The translations under genes were made by a program, and so were the position numbers. Below the pieces are notes generated by a model. The model was not told where the DNA came from. It was given only the letters and a program-made list of their open reading frames with translations, and ran no database searches. DNA of 64,000 bases from Podarcis liolepis. Its lineage: Eukaryota. Positions 27,736-41,031 of this stretch are shown here, piece after piece (the stretch's first letter is position 1; every line of letters starts with the position of its first letter). The stretch lies in assembly GCA_965112155.1 (NCBI GenBank), contig OZ218100.1, one strand, 5' to 3'.

Positions 27736-28134
27736 TCTTTGTTCATTTTTATTCTGGCTTCCTGTGGTGGTAATTGTGGTGGTAAATTTGTTTTATGATT
27801 TGTATGTAAGAGAGGTAAATAAAGTTCTGCAGAAGGATGATCATGTTATTGGCAGCTTTTTATAAATATAGCAAAAATAAAATGATCTTCAGTAAAAAGT
27901 CTCTTTTTAAAAATATAAACTTTCTCCCTAATTATAACCTTAATATTATTTGTTGGTAGCTTAAAATATTCAAAATGTTTGTCCATTGTTCGATTAATTG
28001 CAAAGTTCAATATAAAATGTTAACTTTCATGTGTTTTACTTGAAAATAGTTAAAATGTATTTAAACTGGAGGCTTCACTAAAATAAAGTCAATGCTAATT
28101 GTTCCTTCAATTGTAACAAAAGTATATCTTTCCA
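27736..28134 (+). repeat. 399-bp direct duplicate of 30628-31026
   Basis: Identical by eye from TCTTTGTTCATTTTTATTC to AAGTATATCTTTCCA. Confidence 0.95.
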
Positions 28135-28462
28135 ATGAATCCAATGTCTTTGTTCAGCCCAGGTTTTTCCATTGTTTTAAGTTTGGTAATGAGTTGTAAT
28201 TCAGCAGCTTCTCTTTCCAGTCTGTGTACACCTTGCCAGCTGGGCTGAACAAAGACATTGGATTCTTATCTCACTATACATGACTAAACCATTTCTCACC
28301 TCCTCACCCCTTGCCTTCTCCTGTAAGACCTATTACAGTCGTTAAGAGTCGTCAACAGGCTCTCCCAGCTATCTGCCTATCTCCCATTCCCACCACCCTT
28401 CTGAGTAACACCCCTCCCCACCTTCTCACTATATAGAAGGATCTGGCAACTTCTGTTTCAGT

Positions 28463-28500
28463 GTATCTGAAGAAGTGTGCATGCACACGAAAGCTCATAC
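28463..28500 (+). ncRNA. Minimal hammerhead ribozyme motif (Penelope pLTR)
   Basis: GUAU-CUGAAGA-A-GUGUG(CAUG)CACAC-GAAAGCUC-AUAC: catalytic core, stem II, stem I GUAU/AUAC and palindromic AGCU stem III. Confidence 0.75.
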
Positions 28501-30256
28501 CAAGAACTAACTTAGTTGGTCTTTAAGGTGCTACTGGAAGGAATTTTTTTATTTTGACTATGGCAGACCAACACGGCTACCTATCTACTATCTGATAGGA
28601 GGGCATTCCACAGGGCCGGTGCCACTACTGAGAAGGCCCTCTCAACAAATTGATAAAATAAAAAGTACAAATAAAGCAGCGGAACCCAACCATAGTTGAT
28701 TCTGTTTGGTAGGAGGAAAAAGTAACAAATAAGGAGGCTGGTTGGTTCTCTAGATGCACTGCTACAGGGCTTCCCACAGCATTATATTGTCAGTGTGGAG
28801 TGAGGGAGTTTGCCAAACTGGAAAGCTATGGAGACTCTTTACACTGGCATGACAGGCTGCAGAGAGGGATGAATGCCTCTAGAATGAGCAAGGAAATGGT
28901 TGGGCAAAACTCGCATACAGGATATAGCCAACATATTTGAATAACAGTGTTGCCAAAGCTGTTGGGATGGGATGGGATGGGAAGTAGTGAGGAGTGGAGT
29001 CACTTCTGAAATACGTGGCTCATGTGCAAGGAAGCCTTTAATGTGGCTACACCCCCTCTGTTCCCATCTGCAATGTTCTGATGACCCCTGTTGCTCATCC
29101 TTGATGTTCCTGAATTTATCCACCCATAGGATTGGTATCCTACCATTCTTAAAAAATATTTTCAGATTTTGAAAATATGGCTCCATTTGCCCTCATGTAG
29201 CCATTTGTTTTCTTTTATTTTAAAAAGAACATTTTGTTGGCTTGATATTGAAGCAAGTCAGAAGCTGTGTTTGCAATTTGGTTTTGTAAATATCAGTACT
29301 TCACTTACTTGCATGGGAAATGGTTGCAATTAGGAAAGTGGAGGAAACTGCAGGTGCCTGATCTCAGGTTCCTGATCTGCAACCACGTTGATGACAAGGG
29401 ATGAAAGCTGTGTACACCTTGCCAGCACAGCTAGGTTTTTCTTTCTCTCAATTTGGATTGAAGCAGTGTTTCATCAAATGACAGGATAGACATGGAATGC
29501 TGTGGCCACGCCACTTCCCAAACCAGTGGTGGGAGGGCACTGGATGCAGAGCAAACGAGAATGTGTACCCAGCCTAATTTTAAAATGGAAGGATTTGTTT
29601 CACAAGGTTGCAGTTTAATGGGTATCATGTTTCCTTCTCCCATATCTATCCTTCTGCCTTGATACATGGATTTGGGAGCACAGTCTGGAAATCTAGCATA
29701 TCAACCACACCTTACCTTCTGCTGATTTAGAGAAAGAAACCTATGATTAGGCAACAATTATAATGAGCACCACTATTTTTGAAATCTAAATGTTCTAGTA
29801 CAAGATTTGTCATGTCTTTGGTGCCCCCAATGAAATTTAACAGCAGGCCTATTTGGGTGGAATGTGACAAAAGACTGAAGCTTGAACACTGAGGAGGATA
29901 CGCAGAGAATAAGCTATATTTACTGCACAACCACTCTGGTCTAGCTAGGAGATATACATGTAGAAACAGGCATTCATCATGTATCTGTTCCATTGGATTA
30001 GGCAAGCTGCACATGAAAAGAGGGCCTATGCATGGTGGTGTGGAGTGTGTCCAACTTCTGGAGCTACATATGTATTTCCCAACACTGGATTTGGAACTTC
30101 TAGCAAACTCCACTTACAATGGTCCTTTTTGCCCATTCTAACAGCGTCAATCCCTTGTTTAGAGTGCCAGCAAAACCATCTCAATTGTGGGTATCACCTG
30201 TAAAAAGGCACATTCATACCTGTATCCAAAATAAAACGATTCATGGAAATTGTTAT

Positions 30257-30600
30257 TATTACTATTTATTAAATTTTTATGCCGCCCTTTATCCCTGGAT
30301 CAGAGGGTGGTTTACAATAAAAAGCAGAAAAATACATAGCATAGTACCAAACAAAAATAATACTGCCCCCCCCACCTAGTTTAAAAGGCCATCAGTTGCT
30401 TAATTAGCCAAAGCCCTGGAAGAAGAGGGATGATTTTGCCTGGTGCCTAAATATATGCAACCAAGATTCCAATTGAGGTTCACTGGGGAGAACATTCTGC
30501 CAGTGTGGGGCCCTTGCAGAAAAGGCCCATTTTCGTGTTGCCACCTTCCGGACCTCTTGAGGAAGGGACACAAAGAAGGGCCTCAGATGATGATCAGTCA
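30257..30600 (-). mobile_element. Old L2/CR1-like LINE 3' fragment
   Basis: TTTATT tail, TTTATGCCGCCCTT, ...TTTGCCTGGTGCCTAAA...GAAAAGGCCC similar to other squamate LINE ends; boundaries approximate. Confidence 0.5.
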
Positions 30601-33600
30601 ATGAATGCAGAGACACATTACTGTTATTCTTTGTTCATTTTTATTCTGGCTTCCTGTGGTGGTAATTGTGGTGGTAAATTTGTTTTATGATTTGTATGTA
30701 AGAGAGGTAAATAAAGTTCTGCAGAAGGATGATCATGTTATTGGCAGCTTTTTATAAATATAGCAAAAATAAAATGATCTTCAGTAAAAAGTCTCTTTTT
30801 AAAAATATAAACTTTCTCCCTAATTATAACCTTAATATTATTTGTTGGTAGCTTAAAATATTCAAAATGTTTGTCCATTGTTCGATTAATTGCAAAGTTC
30901 AATATAAAATGTTAACTTTCATGTGTTTTACTTGAAAATAGTTAAAATGTATTTAAACTGGAGGCTTCACTAAAATAAAGTCAATGCTAATTGTTCCTTC
31001 AATTGTAACAAAAGTATATCTTTCCAGAAACCTATAGCTTTGTTACTAATAGAGAAATATCAGGCCATTTCCTCTGTGTTCAGCTGAACTTCTGGTGACT
31101 TCTTGATATGTGAGATACAGATATTTCCACCATAGCTCTCTTGTTAAATTGGACTTCAGTGTTTCTGTCTCTCTTAGATAGGCAGGAAGTGTAGAAGACT
31201 TTCAATAACTAAGCCAGTGTTCTTAAGAGTATTTTGTACTTGACACTGCTATACATGCAGTATTTATAAAGTACATGTTTCTTTCAACATGTATACTAAA
31301 AATAGGGCACATCCACAGGCCTATCACAGGCTTGCCAGAAAAGACATGTCTGGTGTCAGGACACATCAGTAGTGACATTAATGGGGAGGTGAATGGCAGC
31401 ATCCCAAGAAAACTCAGCTTTGCATTCCAATAGCTCTGGTGCACTTTGTGATACATTGTCTGTGAGCAAATGGGGCAGTGGAATAAATGTAATGGTTTTA
31501 AAAACCTCCCCGGCTTCATTTATCAGTCGGTAAAAGTTCATGATTTCAAGCATGATGGATAAGAAGCATTCCCCTGATTAAAGTCACCATTCCCATGCCT
31601 CAGCTGATCTGAACCCCCCTTTAAATGGAGTCTGGTGCAGCCACGGGTGTAGCATGGGGGGCAGAGGGGCCATGGCCCCAGGTGTGGATTTCTGAAGGGC
31701 TGCTTCCATGCAGGAGACCCTATGTAGGCACCCCCAGCATGGTCCGGCCTGGCGGTCCCCTCCTGGTGTCAGAGGAACCAACGTTTGCAGAGAGAAACAC
31801 CAGAGTGTGCTGCGCTGGGGGTGCCTTCTTTGTTCCGGCCAAATGCTTTGTCGACTGGCTGGGTTCCCCCCTGAACAGGTAGGCAGGCTTAGCAGTGTGT
31901 GGTTGTTCCTTCTTGCGCTGGCGCCACCCTCCCTAGATCCCAGCCTTGTAATGCTGGTGGGGATGCAGTAGCCATGCACCCTTCGATCCCAGCTTTGCCT
32001 TTGCTGGTGAAGTTGGGATCGAGGGCACATGGCTGTTGCGTTCTTCTCGTGCCACCCTCCCTGTATCTGAGCCTTGCTGAGAAGAATCAGACTTGTAGCA
32101 TTGTTTTTCCTGCCAGGTGGTTACAGGAATGAATGCAGGTTGCTATAATCCTGTGCTCTTTCACTGAGCTATCAGTAGTGCATTTAGGTATTTTTCTACT
32201 CTGGGCTCAGTTGGCGCGGTGATCTTTGTATGGCAATGTGCAATTGCTTACTTCAAAGTACGATAAGCCAGACATGATGCATCTAGTTACATTTTCTGCT
32301 CATTCTGCTGAATGAGGTGCTGGACTTCTGCCCTGAAGTCCTGTCTTGATGGCACCACTGTAAGAAATGGGGACTTCAAGAATGAGAAAATGTGTATATT
32401 AGACTAACAGGTTTTAGCATTAATGCATTCACCAGTGGTTTATGGAGAGAGAAAAGCTGCAAACTTATGAGCACTTACCTTGAACTGTGTGTGTGCTTGA
32501 GTATACATGCATAAAATCATGCTAAAACTGATATTTGGATGTCTTTCACAGGATCGATGTACATATGTGATGATGGTGTTTTACATTGGTTTTTTACTAT
32601 GCCAATGTTTTAGCTGTTTTTTTCTATTGTATTGTTCAGATGATTAATAAATAACATAACTAACAAATAAAACTACATCACCCTACCCTCTGAAATTATT
32701 ACTAAATTATTACTAAAAAGGCATACAGTGATTGCTCCATAACTCTAAATTCCATGACTTAATAATTATACTTTTTTCTGCATATCCTAATATTGGTTAA
32801 CTTTGAACTTGACACTTGGCTACTTTTTAAAAATGTATTTTAGTGTTACACCTGGATTGTACATGTGGGCAGGAACCTTTTAATGTAAATTGAATGGTGA
32901 AGCTTTTAAATATGTTCACTTGCTCCTTTGAAAGTGTTACCTGACTTAGCATCTTACAGCAAGTGAGAGAGCAAATTGACGTTTTTATACACGTAGTTAG
33001 TGAATCTTGAAAATTAATTCCATTTAAAGGTAGTCTATTTTAATTCTGTGAGAAATTGAACTTTGCTTCTGAGTCCTGTAGGGTGTTAGGATGCTATTAA
33101 AAATTGGAGATTGGATTCCTTGGTCTGTGGTTGGTTGTCTGGACCCCTCTGTAAGGATATACAAAGCACACAAAGTCCTTCAGAAAAAAGGGCCCTCCAG
33201 CAATTTCTCTGAAGTATAGAAATAAGTCACGTTTATTTTCAGAAATGGTGTGTGGTTAGCAATAGCTCTGTGTGGGATCACATACCCCAGAGCTTGTTAC
33301 AATTTATAGCTTCCACTGTGAACAAATGCTGCCAATAAATCTGTTCTCTGTGTTTAAGTCCAGAGCCCAGAACAGATATAAATATAAAGTATTTATTCTT
33401 CAAAGTTTCATAATTTTCATTTTCTTAGTTTTAGCTGTTTTATCAATTTCTATACTGCAAACATTTTATAATATACTGTCTTTATCTTGATTGACATAAC
33501 TTGCTAACTACATGATCAGTTTTCTATCTGAAAACAGAATCCTGACTGAAATGTTTATGGGTCTTTAGTACACAGAGTATAGCAGCAGCATGATTTTAAC

Positions 33601-33635
33601 ACCTAACAATTGAGACTGTAGTCCTATATATGCTT

Positions 33636-33977
33636 AAAGGTAAAGATAAAGGTACTCCTGACAATTAGGTCCAGTTGCGAACGACTCTAGGGTTGTGGCG
33701 CTCATCTCGCTTTATAGGCCAAGGAAGCCGGCGTTTGTCCACAGACAGCTTCCGGGTCATGTGGCCAGCATGACTAAGCCGCAGTGCACAGAAACACCGT
33801 TTACCTTCCCACCGGAGCAGTACCATTTATCTACTTGCACTTTGATGTGCTTTCGAACTGCTAAGTGGGCAGGAGCTGGACCGAACAACAGGAGCTCACC
33901 CCGTCAGGGATTTGGACCGCCGACCTGATCGGCAAGCCCTAGGCTCTGTGGTTTAGACCACAGCGCCACCCACATCC
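33636..33977 (-). mobile_element. Sauria SINE
   Basis: (AAAGGT) tail; TTCGAACTGCTA core; CAGCGCCACCC head; degraded TSD CCTATATA..TGCTTA. Confidence 0.9.
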
Positions 33978-34005
33978 TATATAGATGCTTACCTAGAAGC
34001 AAATA

Positions 34006-34363
34006 CAGTGGTACCTCGGGTTACAGATGCTTCAGGTTACAGACTCCGCTAACCCAGAAATAGTACCTCAGGTTAAGAACTTTGCTTCAGGATGAGAACA
34101 AAAATCGTGCGGCGGCAGTGGGAGGCCCCATTAGCTAAAGTGGTACCTCAGGTTAAGAACAGTTTCAGGTTAAGAACGCACCTCCAGAACGAATTAATAA
34201 TAGTTCTTAACCTGAGGTACCACTGTACTAAAATTTTTACACCAGAAGCCGCCACCGTGCAATTTCTGTTCTCATCCTGAAGCAAAGTACTATTTCTGGG
34301 TTAGCGGAGTCTGTAACCTGAAGCATCTGTAACCTGAAGCGTCTGTAACCCAAGGTACCACTG
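34006..34363. mobile_element. Tigger-like MITE (34006-34225) plus an inverted partial copy (~34248-34363)
   Basis: TIRs CAGTGGTACCTC / GAGGTACCACTG with TA flanks; the second piece is the reverse complement of the left half. Confidence 0.85.
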
Positions 34364-35311
34364 TATCCCTGAACTCTGTGGGACTTAAGGTAATTCTGGT
34401 AATATATTTAGTTTAGTTGTGAAGAAAATACATAATTAGTCCTCTTTGCACAGTTCCTATTTAGGTTGAAGGAAATTTGACCTCCTACTTATTGTAGGTA
34501 CTATTTTGCAATGCTGTCTATTAAGGTATGACTCATTCTAGAAAATAAAGTCTAAGGCAAATCTTGATGTACAGCCTTGAGTTTCTTAACCCATTCAAAT
34601 GTCTATATACTGTATGAATGAATGAATGAATGAATGAATGAATGAATAAATTTATTACGGTCATAGACCAGAAGAAAAGAAAAAACATAAAAGGCAGCAA
34701 TAATATATATACTGTATAGATACACTTACACATGAACTTTGAGAGAAAACTGGATTGGCCTATGTATGTTTGCTGTTTCACTTTACCTAATCAGGAATCA
34801 AGCTCTGTACTATCTGGTCAATTCATGCTAAATTATTCTTCCTTAGATGAATTATTTTTAATTTCACTTCCTCTTAAATATGAAGAACAGCATGCTCCAA
34901 TTCTATTTAACTTCAGATTTTCATGCCTGCAGAATGGCCCAGTTTTTCTCCATTTAACTCATTAGCCTAGGTGCAAAAAAATAGTCAAGGTAACTATACT
35001 CTATAAACTATACTGTATAAATGGGTATTTCTTATATTGATATATTTGTAGCTTAAATATCCTGGGTGGTAGTCAACTAAGTTTTACTCAGAAATTTTAC
35101 TCAGATTTACTGAAATTAATGGACCTAACTTAGTCATGGTTATTAATTTCATTGAGTCTACTCTGACTAAAAATATAGTTGAATACCACCCCCCTTTATA
35201 TATTATTTTTACTGATTGATAGTTTGCTGTTTATTCCCATCATACGTAACATCCCCTCCCGACTGACATTTTAAAAACTATTTAATGCTGGTAATTTTCA
35301 TGTGTACAATG

Positions 35312-35468
35312 CAGTGCTTTTCCCCCAAAAAAATGTTTGACCCAAGAAAATCACAATATTATAGTTCAAATCGGGGAAAATAAATACAGTAAATGGACAA
35401 AAGTACAAAATTCACAAAATGTTTAGGTGTATGTGTTCCCCTGCATCCCCCCAGGAAAAAAAGCACTG
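35312..35468. mobile_element. hAT MITE
   Basis: TIRs CAGTGCTTTT / AAAAGCACTG; TSD GTACAATG on both sides. Confidence 0.85.
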
Positions 35469-35608
35469 GTACAATGCATCCTTTTTGTATTTAACGCTAA
35501 GATTTTGAACTCTCCTGGATTTTTTTTTAAAGAGGATCTTACATTTTCTTGGGATTTAAACTAAGTTTTTCACTTAACCTTTAAAAAGCTCTGTTATTTT
35601 ATGCAATG

Positions 35609-35876
35609 CATACGTCGCGAGTGTCCTGGAAAAACACGGGACATCCTGTTTTTTCTGTGAGAGCACAGTGGCCATTGTGGGCACTGTGATCTTGCATGAT
35701 GTCATGCCGAGATCTTTCCTTGAAAAAGTGCTTTTTTGGGGGGCTGCAAACTTGTGTGGTGCCCCAAAAGATGCATATTTGGGCTCCATGGTGTCGTGCA
35801 GGTCACATAACTTGCCTGGGAGCCCAGACGGGAAGGCACACATCCTGGTTTTGGGACTCAGCATGTTGCAGGGTAT
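35609..35876. mobile_element. DNA-transposon MITE (CATAC... / ...GGGTAT ends)
   Basis: Flanking duplication ATGCAATG; termini similar to the 44058-44730 element. Confidence 0.6.
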
Positions 35877-36252
35877 ATGCAATGCACAAAGCTTATTAAA
35901 TAGCAATGATGGACAAAAAACCTTTGATTTTTCCTGATGTCTAATTTTTATGTCACTATATAGCCTAAGCATAAGTTTAATGAACACTGAAATTAGAAAA
36001 TATATTATTATGTAGCACATAGGTCCAAAGGCTCCACTGTGCCAGACTTCACCAAACGTCAGCCCTGGAGGGAGTGCCAAGATTCAACTCTAGAACATAG
36101 GAAGGCTGAATGCCACATTTCACTCCTTTGAGAAAGTGGGATATAAATTAAGCAAATAAAAAAGCAGAATGGAATTGCTTCTGAATAGATGTTGAATACA
36201 TTCCCTCTAAAACTTCAGTGTTTTAGCAGAAAAACAACTAATAGATCTAGAG

Positions 36253-36583
36253 CAGGGGTCAGCAACCCGCGGCTCCGGAGCCACATGTGGCTCTTTTACA
36301 CCTTTGCCACGGCTCCGGGGTGGATACTAGCGAGGGGAGGAGGCGCATTGTGCGCCCCGACACTCTCCACTGTGGCGGGCGCTGTACTGGCTGTGATGTC
36401 GCATGGGGGCGGTGCGTGCGTTAGTCATGCACCATCCCAACTTCACCTTCCTGCCCGCTGTCAGATCGTGGCTCCGGAGATATATTTGTTTTAAATGTCG
36501 CAATGGTTTTGCGGCTCCCAGTTTTTTTTTCTTCGGAAACGGGTCCAAGTGGCTCTTTTTGTCTTAAAGGTTGCAGACCCCTG
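36253..36583. mobile_element. hAT MITE, same family as 2690-3033
   Basis: TIRs CAGGGGTCAGCAACC / GGTTGCAGACCCCTG; TSD ATCTAGAG / ATCTAGAA. Confidence 0.9.
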
Positions 36584-38475
36584 ATCTAGAAGTATCCCCA
36601 GAAAGTATCACAGAAAGTATCCCCTCCCACATCAATGTGGAGCAGATCTACCCTTAGAGAATGCAGACTGCCTTCACAATGCAATCTGTCACCTGCAGTG
36701 ACTATTAAGTTTGCCTCACTTACAATGAATTGCCAATTGTCTAGACTTGGGAGTTATGGTTGTGGTCCCTAATATACTGCAAATGAGATCTTCTCTCCAT
36801 TAAATCAGTTTTCCATAAACTAACCAGTGAAAGGCCTGTCCGTGTGTTCAAAGCACATCTCCCATTTAATAAATGCCAACAGATCCTGTTATATTTCGGC
36901 AAAAATGGCACAATCTATTCTGGTAGCAGCCATGGCTTGAACTGAAAGTTATGAGATGCCGTACTGAGAGAGATGAATTCTCTAAAGAGCTGTGACAGAA
37001 TATAATTATGGAAGCCTTTCTGAATTTGGCAGTACCTCTCGCTTTGGTGTGAAGCCATCATTTCCCCTTGCCATGTAGCTAAATTCCTGTGCTTGTTCTC
37101 ACCAATGCTGAATTCATCACTGTGGCAAGGTTCTTTCAGAAACTTCCATTTGCCCCTTTTGCCAGTTTCCAAGGATCTTATGGACAGAGGCAGCCTTTGT
37201 CAGTGTGGGGTTGCTTATGAAATGGGTGGTTTCATGCATCAGTGTGGGAGAATTCTCATCTATTCAAGACCACGATGTGCCAGGTGCATCCACTTACCCA
37301 GCCTGGAGGAACTACTGCTGTCTCATCTGCTGCTGCCAAGAAAATTGTTTAGCCTTGTCTTGGGCCAAAAGGGTGGGGATTAGAAGAGCAAGGGAGAGCA
37401 AACTGTCTTTCTCACACACAAATGAGTGCACCAGCCTCTTAACTCCCAGTGGTATTGTAACATTGATGGGATTAGTGCATTCGCCTGCTCCTCTTCCTCC
37501 TCCTCCTCTTCTTCTTCTTCTTCCCCACCTTTCACCAGCAGGACCCAGGGCAGGTTACAACAGTTTAAAATTCAGAATTATTTTTTTAAAAAAACAGATT
37601 ACAATCACAGGGATAGGGCTCTTAGATCTGGTGGAAAGACCAGGGTGAAGAGGTGTGTCTCCAGCATTTGCCAGAAGCTTTGTAGTGAAGAAGCCAGACA
37701 TGCTCACACCAATTAAAAGCCTGATACAAAGCAAACTTCTATGTACCGCCTTAGGACATGTGCAGAATGATAAAAGGAAACAAAAACTCCAATGCAGAAT
37801 AGCAATTTTCTCTCTCTTTATTTTTCTGGGTCCACAATGACTACATTTGTCTGCAAACAAAATTGCTGGACCAAGACGACATGCATGCCTGATGATCAAG
37901 AAAAGCCTGCCTATCCTACATTAGGGAGACATTGTTCAGAAATGGTGCATCCTTTTGTCAATATTGCCCATGTATTGGTGCCAAGGTTACTGTCAGTTCA
38001 GGTTATGTGTTGAAGAAATAAAAGCAATGCATGTGCTGCCTGAGGGAAACTTTTAACATGTGCCCCAGATTTAAAAAGGGAGTAATATCCTTTCAGCGAT
38101 CCTTCTGTTCACTTCGGCCTAATATCCCTTCGTGCAGGATACCTTTCAGTCCTCTTTTAGATTCGTTCCTTTTGCTGCTTTCTGTCGGGCAGTCAAATTT
38201 GTAGTGAAAAGGCGGCAACTGTAACCTGTGTAAATTTGCTACCCGCTCCAAGTCACAGAAATGCGACGTTTCCTGTATGGTCCCAACAATCATCCCTATC
38301 TGAGTTTTCATGGATAACGGGACATTTTATATTTATTATTTATTTAAATCCTCTGGCAGCTTGAACACTGTCAAATTGAACATGATTATGAGAAAGTGGA
38401 AATTTAAAACAGGTTCCACATGAAGTATTTTTACAAACAGTGGAGGGCGTTTAAGTTGTATTCAGAGTAGACCCT

Positions 38476-38522
<47 letters not shown>
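38476..38522. repeat. (AAC)n microsatellite
   Basis: Directly visible. Confidence 0.95.
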
Positions 38523-39449
38523 ATATGTTGCCCATCTTACTGTGTTATCCCAGTAAATATAATAAACAATTAAATTAGGTCCATTTTCAATGAGTCTACA
38601 TACATACATACATACATACATACATACATACATAATTTTATTTGTATGCCACCTTTCCATAGTTAAAACCATGCTCAAGGCAGCTTACAACATGAAAAAT
38701 AATTACAAACATAACAAAAGTAGTCATAAACAATAACACATTAAAAAGTAAACAATCAAATCAAAACTATTTCCACATACATTTCCGCATAATAAATCTA
38801 AACTAAAGATTAAAAAATATCAATAATAGCAGTAACAACACCCCTCCTTGGCCAAAAACCCCCAACTTCCTTCTAATCAATACCCAGCGGGCTCAGCTTT
38901 TGTAGCTGGAGTCAGTCAGGGCTCTGCCTTTCTAGGACAGGTGGAAAAATAATGCAAGGCAGGGAGCAGGTCTTCCAGCACTCGCAGTCAATCTGGTGCT
39001 CTGAGTAAAACATAGCTGAACACTACCCAGAGCATCTGAACATCTTTATTTCCCCATTTGTCATCCTTTGGTCAATGTCAGTTGAGTCAATGTCAGTTGA
39101 CTTGAGTCAATGTCACCACTACAAAATTGGTTACAATGGTGACTACGGAAAATTAACATTTAAAATGCTCTGCCTTAAAAAAAAAGAAGCTAGGCAACAG
39201 TTATTCATTAAGTTATTAATTCCATTTCAACCGTGTTTGGTTCTCCCTCTTAGAAAGAAACTGAAACCCATTTGTTTCTGAAAGCTTTTAATGGTTGTTT
39301 GACTGACCATGTTGCCACCTCAGGCTTTAAAGCTTACTTTATTATATATATTATATATTATATATATTATATATATTATATTATTACTTTATTATATATA
39401 TATATTACTTTATTATATATATTATATATTACTTTATTATTATATATTA

Positions 39450-39545
39450 TGTATCTGAAGAAGTGTGCATGCACACGAAAGCTCATACCAAGAACTAACT
39501 TAGTTGGTCTTTAAGGTGCTACTGGAAGGAATTTTTTATTTTTAT
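39450..39545 (+). mobile_element. Short Penelope 3' fragment with hammerhead motif (39451-39488)
   Basis: Essentially identical to 28462-28552. Confidence 0.9.
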
Positions 39546-40666
39546 TATATATGGTGTTGAATGGCTGCTTTTAATATAAATGGCTGTTTTGTTTTTTGTT
39601 TTTGTACACTGCACTGTGTGCAACTGCAGAGGAGGGAGATACAAGAAATATTACAATTACAGCAACTTCTTTCTTCGCAGTTTAAAGGCCGGGGGTGGAG
39701 GAGAGAAAGATATTGCCTGTGTGACTTGAAGATTGCAGTTACAAACCTCATCCTACATAGGTTTCCTTAGATATTTCTGGACAAGATCAGGTTTTATTTT
39801 CCAGGCTAAAATATGATCAACTGGAATTTTGTCATCGGCCTTTAATGAGGACATCTAAAATACCACCAAATTCTGTCATGTTGTTCATGTATTTCCTTTG
39901 TAATAAACAGAAGTGTATTAATTGTCACTCCCATAATCTGCCAACTTCCCCCCATTAATTTTTATTAATTTTTCAAATTTATAATCTGCCAATGTTTCTT
40001 TTAGAAACATTTCAGTTCTTCTGTTTCTTCATCTTTAAGGGTTCATTCAGTCATCAGGTAATGGTTCTGACTAGTACTCTGATCCTAAACATTTATAACT
40101 CTGTATTTTGTCAGGGATGTTAACTAGCTTTGCTAACATCCTGCTTTGTGTTCATTCTGAGAACCTAGGCTGATGTAGTAAAGCATAGCACTGGACTTTA
40201 GAAAGTCAAGATTATTTAATTTTCCTCAACAAATAACATTATGATAAAAATAACAATTCAGCCTCTATCTCCTCAGCCAAATCTGTGCTTCTCTGTTTTC
40301 TAAGCTTTTGCTCACTGTAGCATTAACAGGACGAGGGAAACCTTTCAGTTTTGTGTATAGTTACATCCATGACAGGGAATGGTGAAGTTCACAACTGGCT
40401 TCTAAGTGTTCACCAAAAGAAATATTGGATGGGAGGACTCTTGTAAAATAAAATAGTTCACATTTTGTTTTTCTACTTAAATTTCCATTTTTATTCATAA
40501 ACATTATTGTATGCAAAAATCCCTTATTCCTCACTTCCCTTGTTTTCTCCTCTGTTTTGTTTTTAACCAGCAAGTAGCGCACTTTTAAACACTAGAAAAT
40601 CATTGAACAACAATAATAATACATTGCTAACCACAAATGTAAGAGTCTAAGAGCCAGGCCATGATA

Positions 40667-41031
40667 AAAAGGTAAAGGTAAAGGTACCCCTGCCCGTACA
40701 GGCCAGTCTTGACAGACTCTAGGGTTGTGCGCCCATCTCACTCAAGAGGCCGGGGGCCAGCGCTGTCCGGAGACACTTCCAGGTCACGTGGCCAGCGTGA
40801 CATCGCTGCTCTGGCAAGCCAGAGCTGCACACGGAAACGCCATTTACCTTCCCGCTAGTAAGCGGTCCCTATTTATCTACTTGCACCCGGGGGTGCTTTC
40901 GAACTGCTAGGTTGGCAGGCGCTGGGACCGAACAACGGGAGCGCACCCCGCCGCGGGGATTCGAACCGCCGACCTTTCGATCGGCAAGCCCTAGGCGCTG
41001 AGGCTTTTACCCACAGTGCCACCCGCGTCCC
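40667..41031 (-). mobile_element. Sauria SINE (full length)
   Basis: (AAAGGT)n tail; GCCACCCGCGTCCC head; degraded TSD CCAGGC..TGATA. Confidence 0.92.

Larger units (their letters stand above)
27318..28589. mobile_element. Penelope-like element: two inverted 3' ends (pseudo-LTRs) plus internal templated DNA
   Basis: 27318-~27641 is the reverse complement of ~28240-28553; the minus strand of 27598-27701 encodes RLEREAAELQLITKLKTMEKPGLNKDIGFLSHYT* (GIY-YIG endonuclease C-terminus); hammerhead motifs; 12-bp TSD ATCTGATAGGAG (27306-27317, 28590-28601). Confidence 0.9.
27110..28645 (-). mobile_element. L2-like LINE 3' fragment interrupted by the Penelope insertion
   Basis: (TAT)n tail followed by TATACCCTGCCCATCTGGCTGGG...; a related piece at ~50410-50540; sequence resumes after the 12-bp duplication ATCTGATAGGAG. 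Confidence 0.6.
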
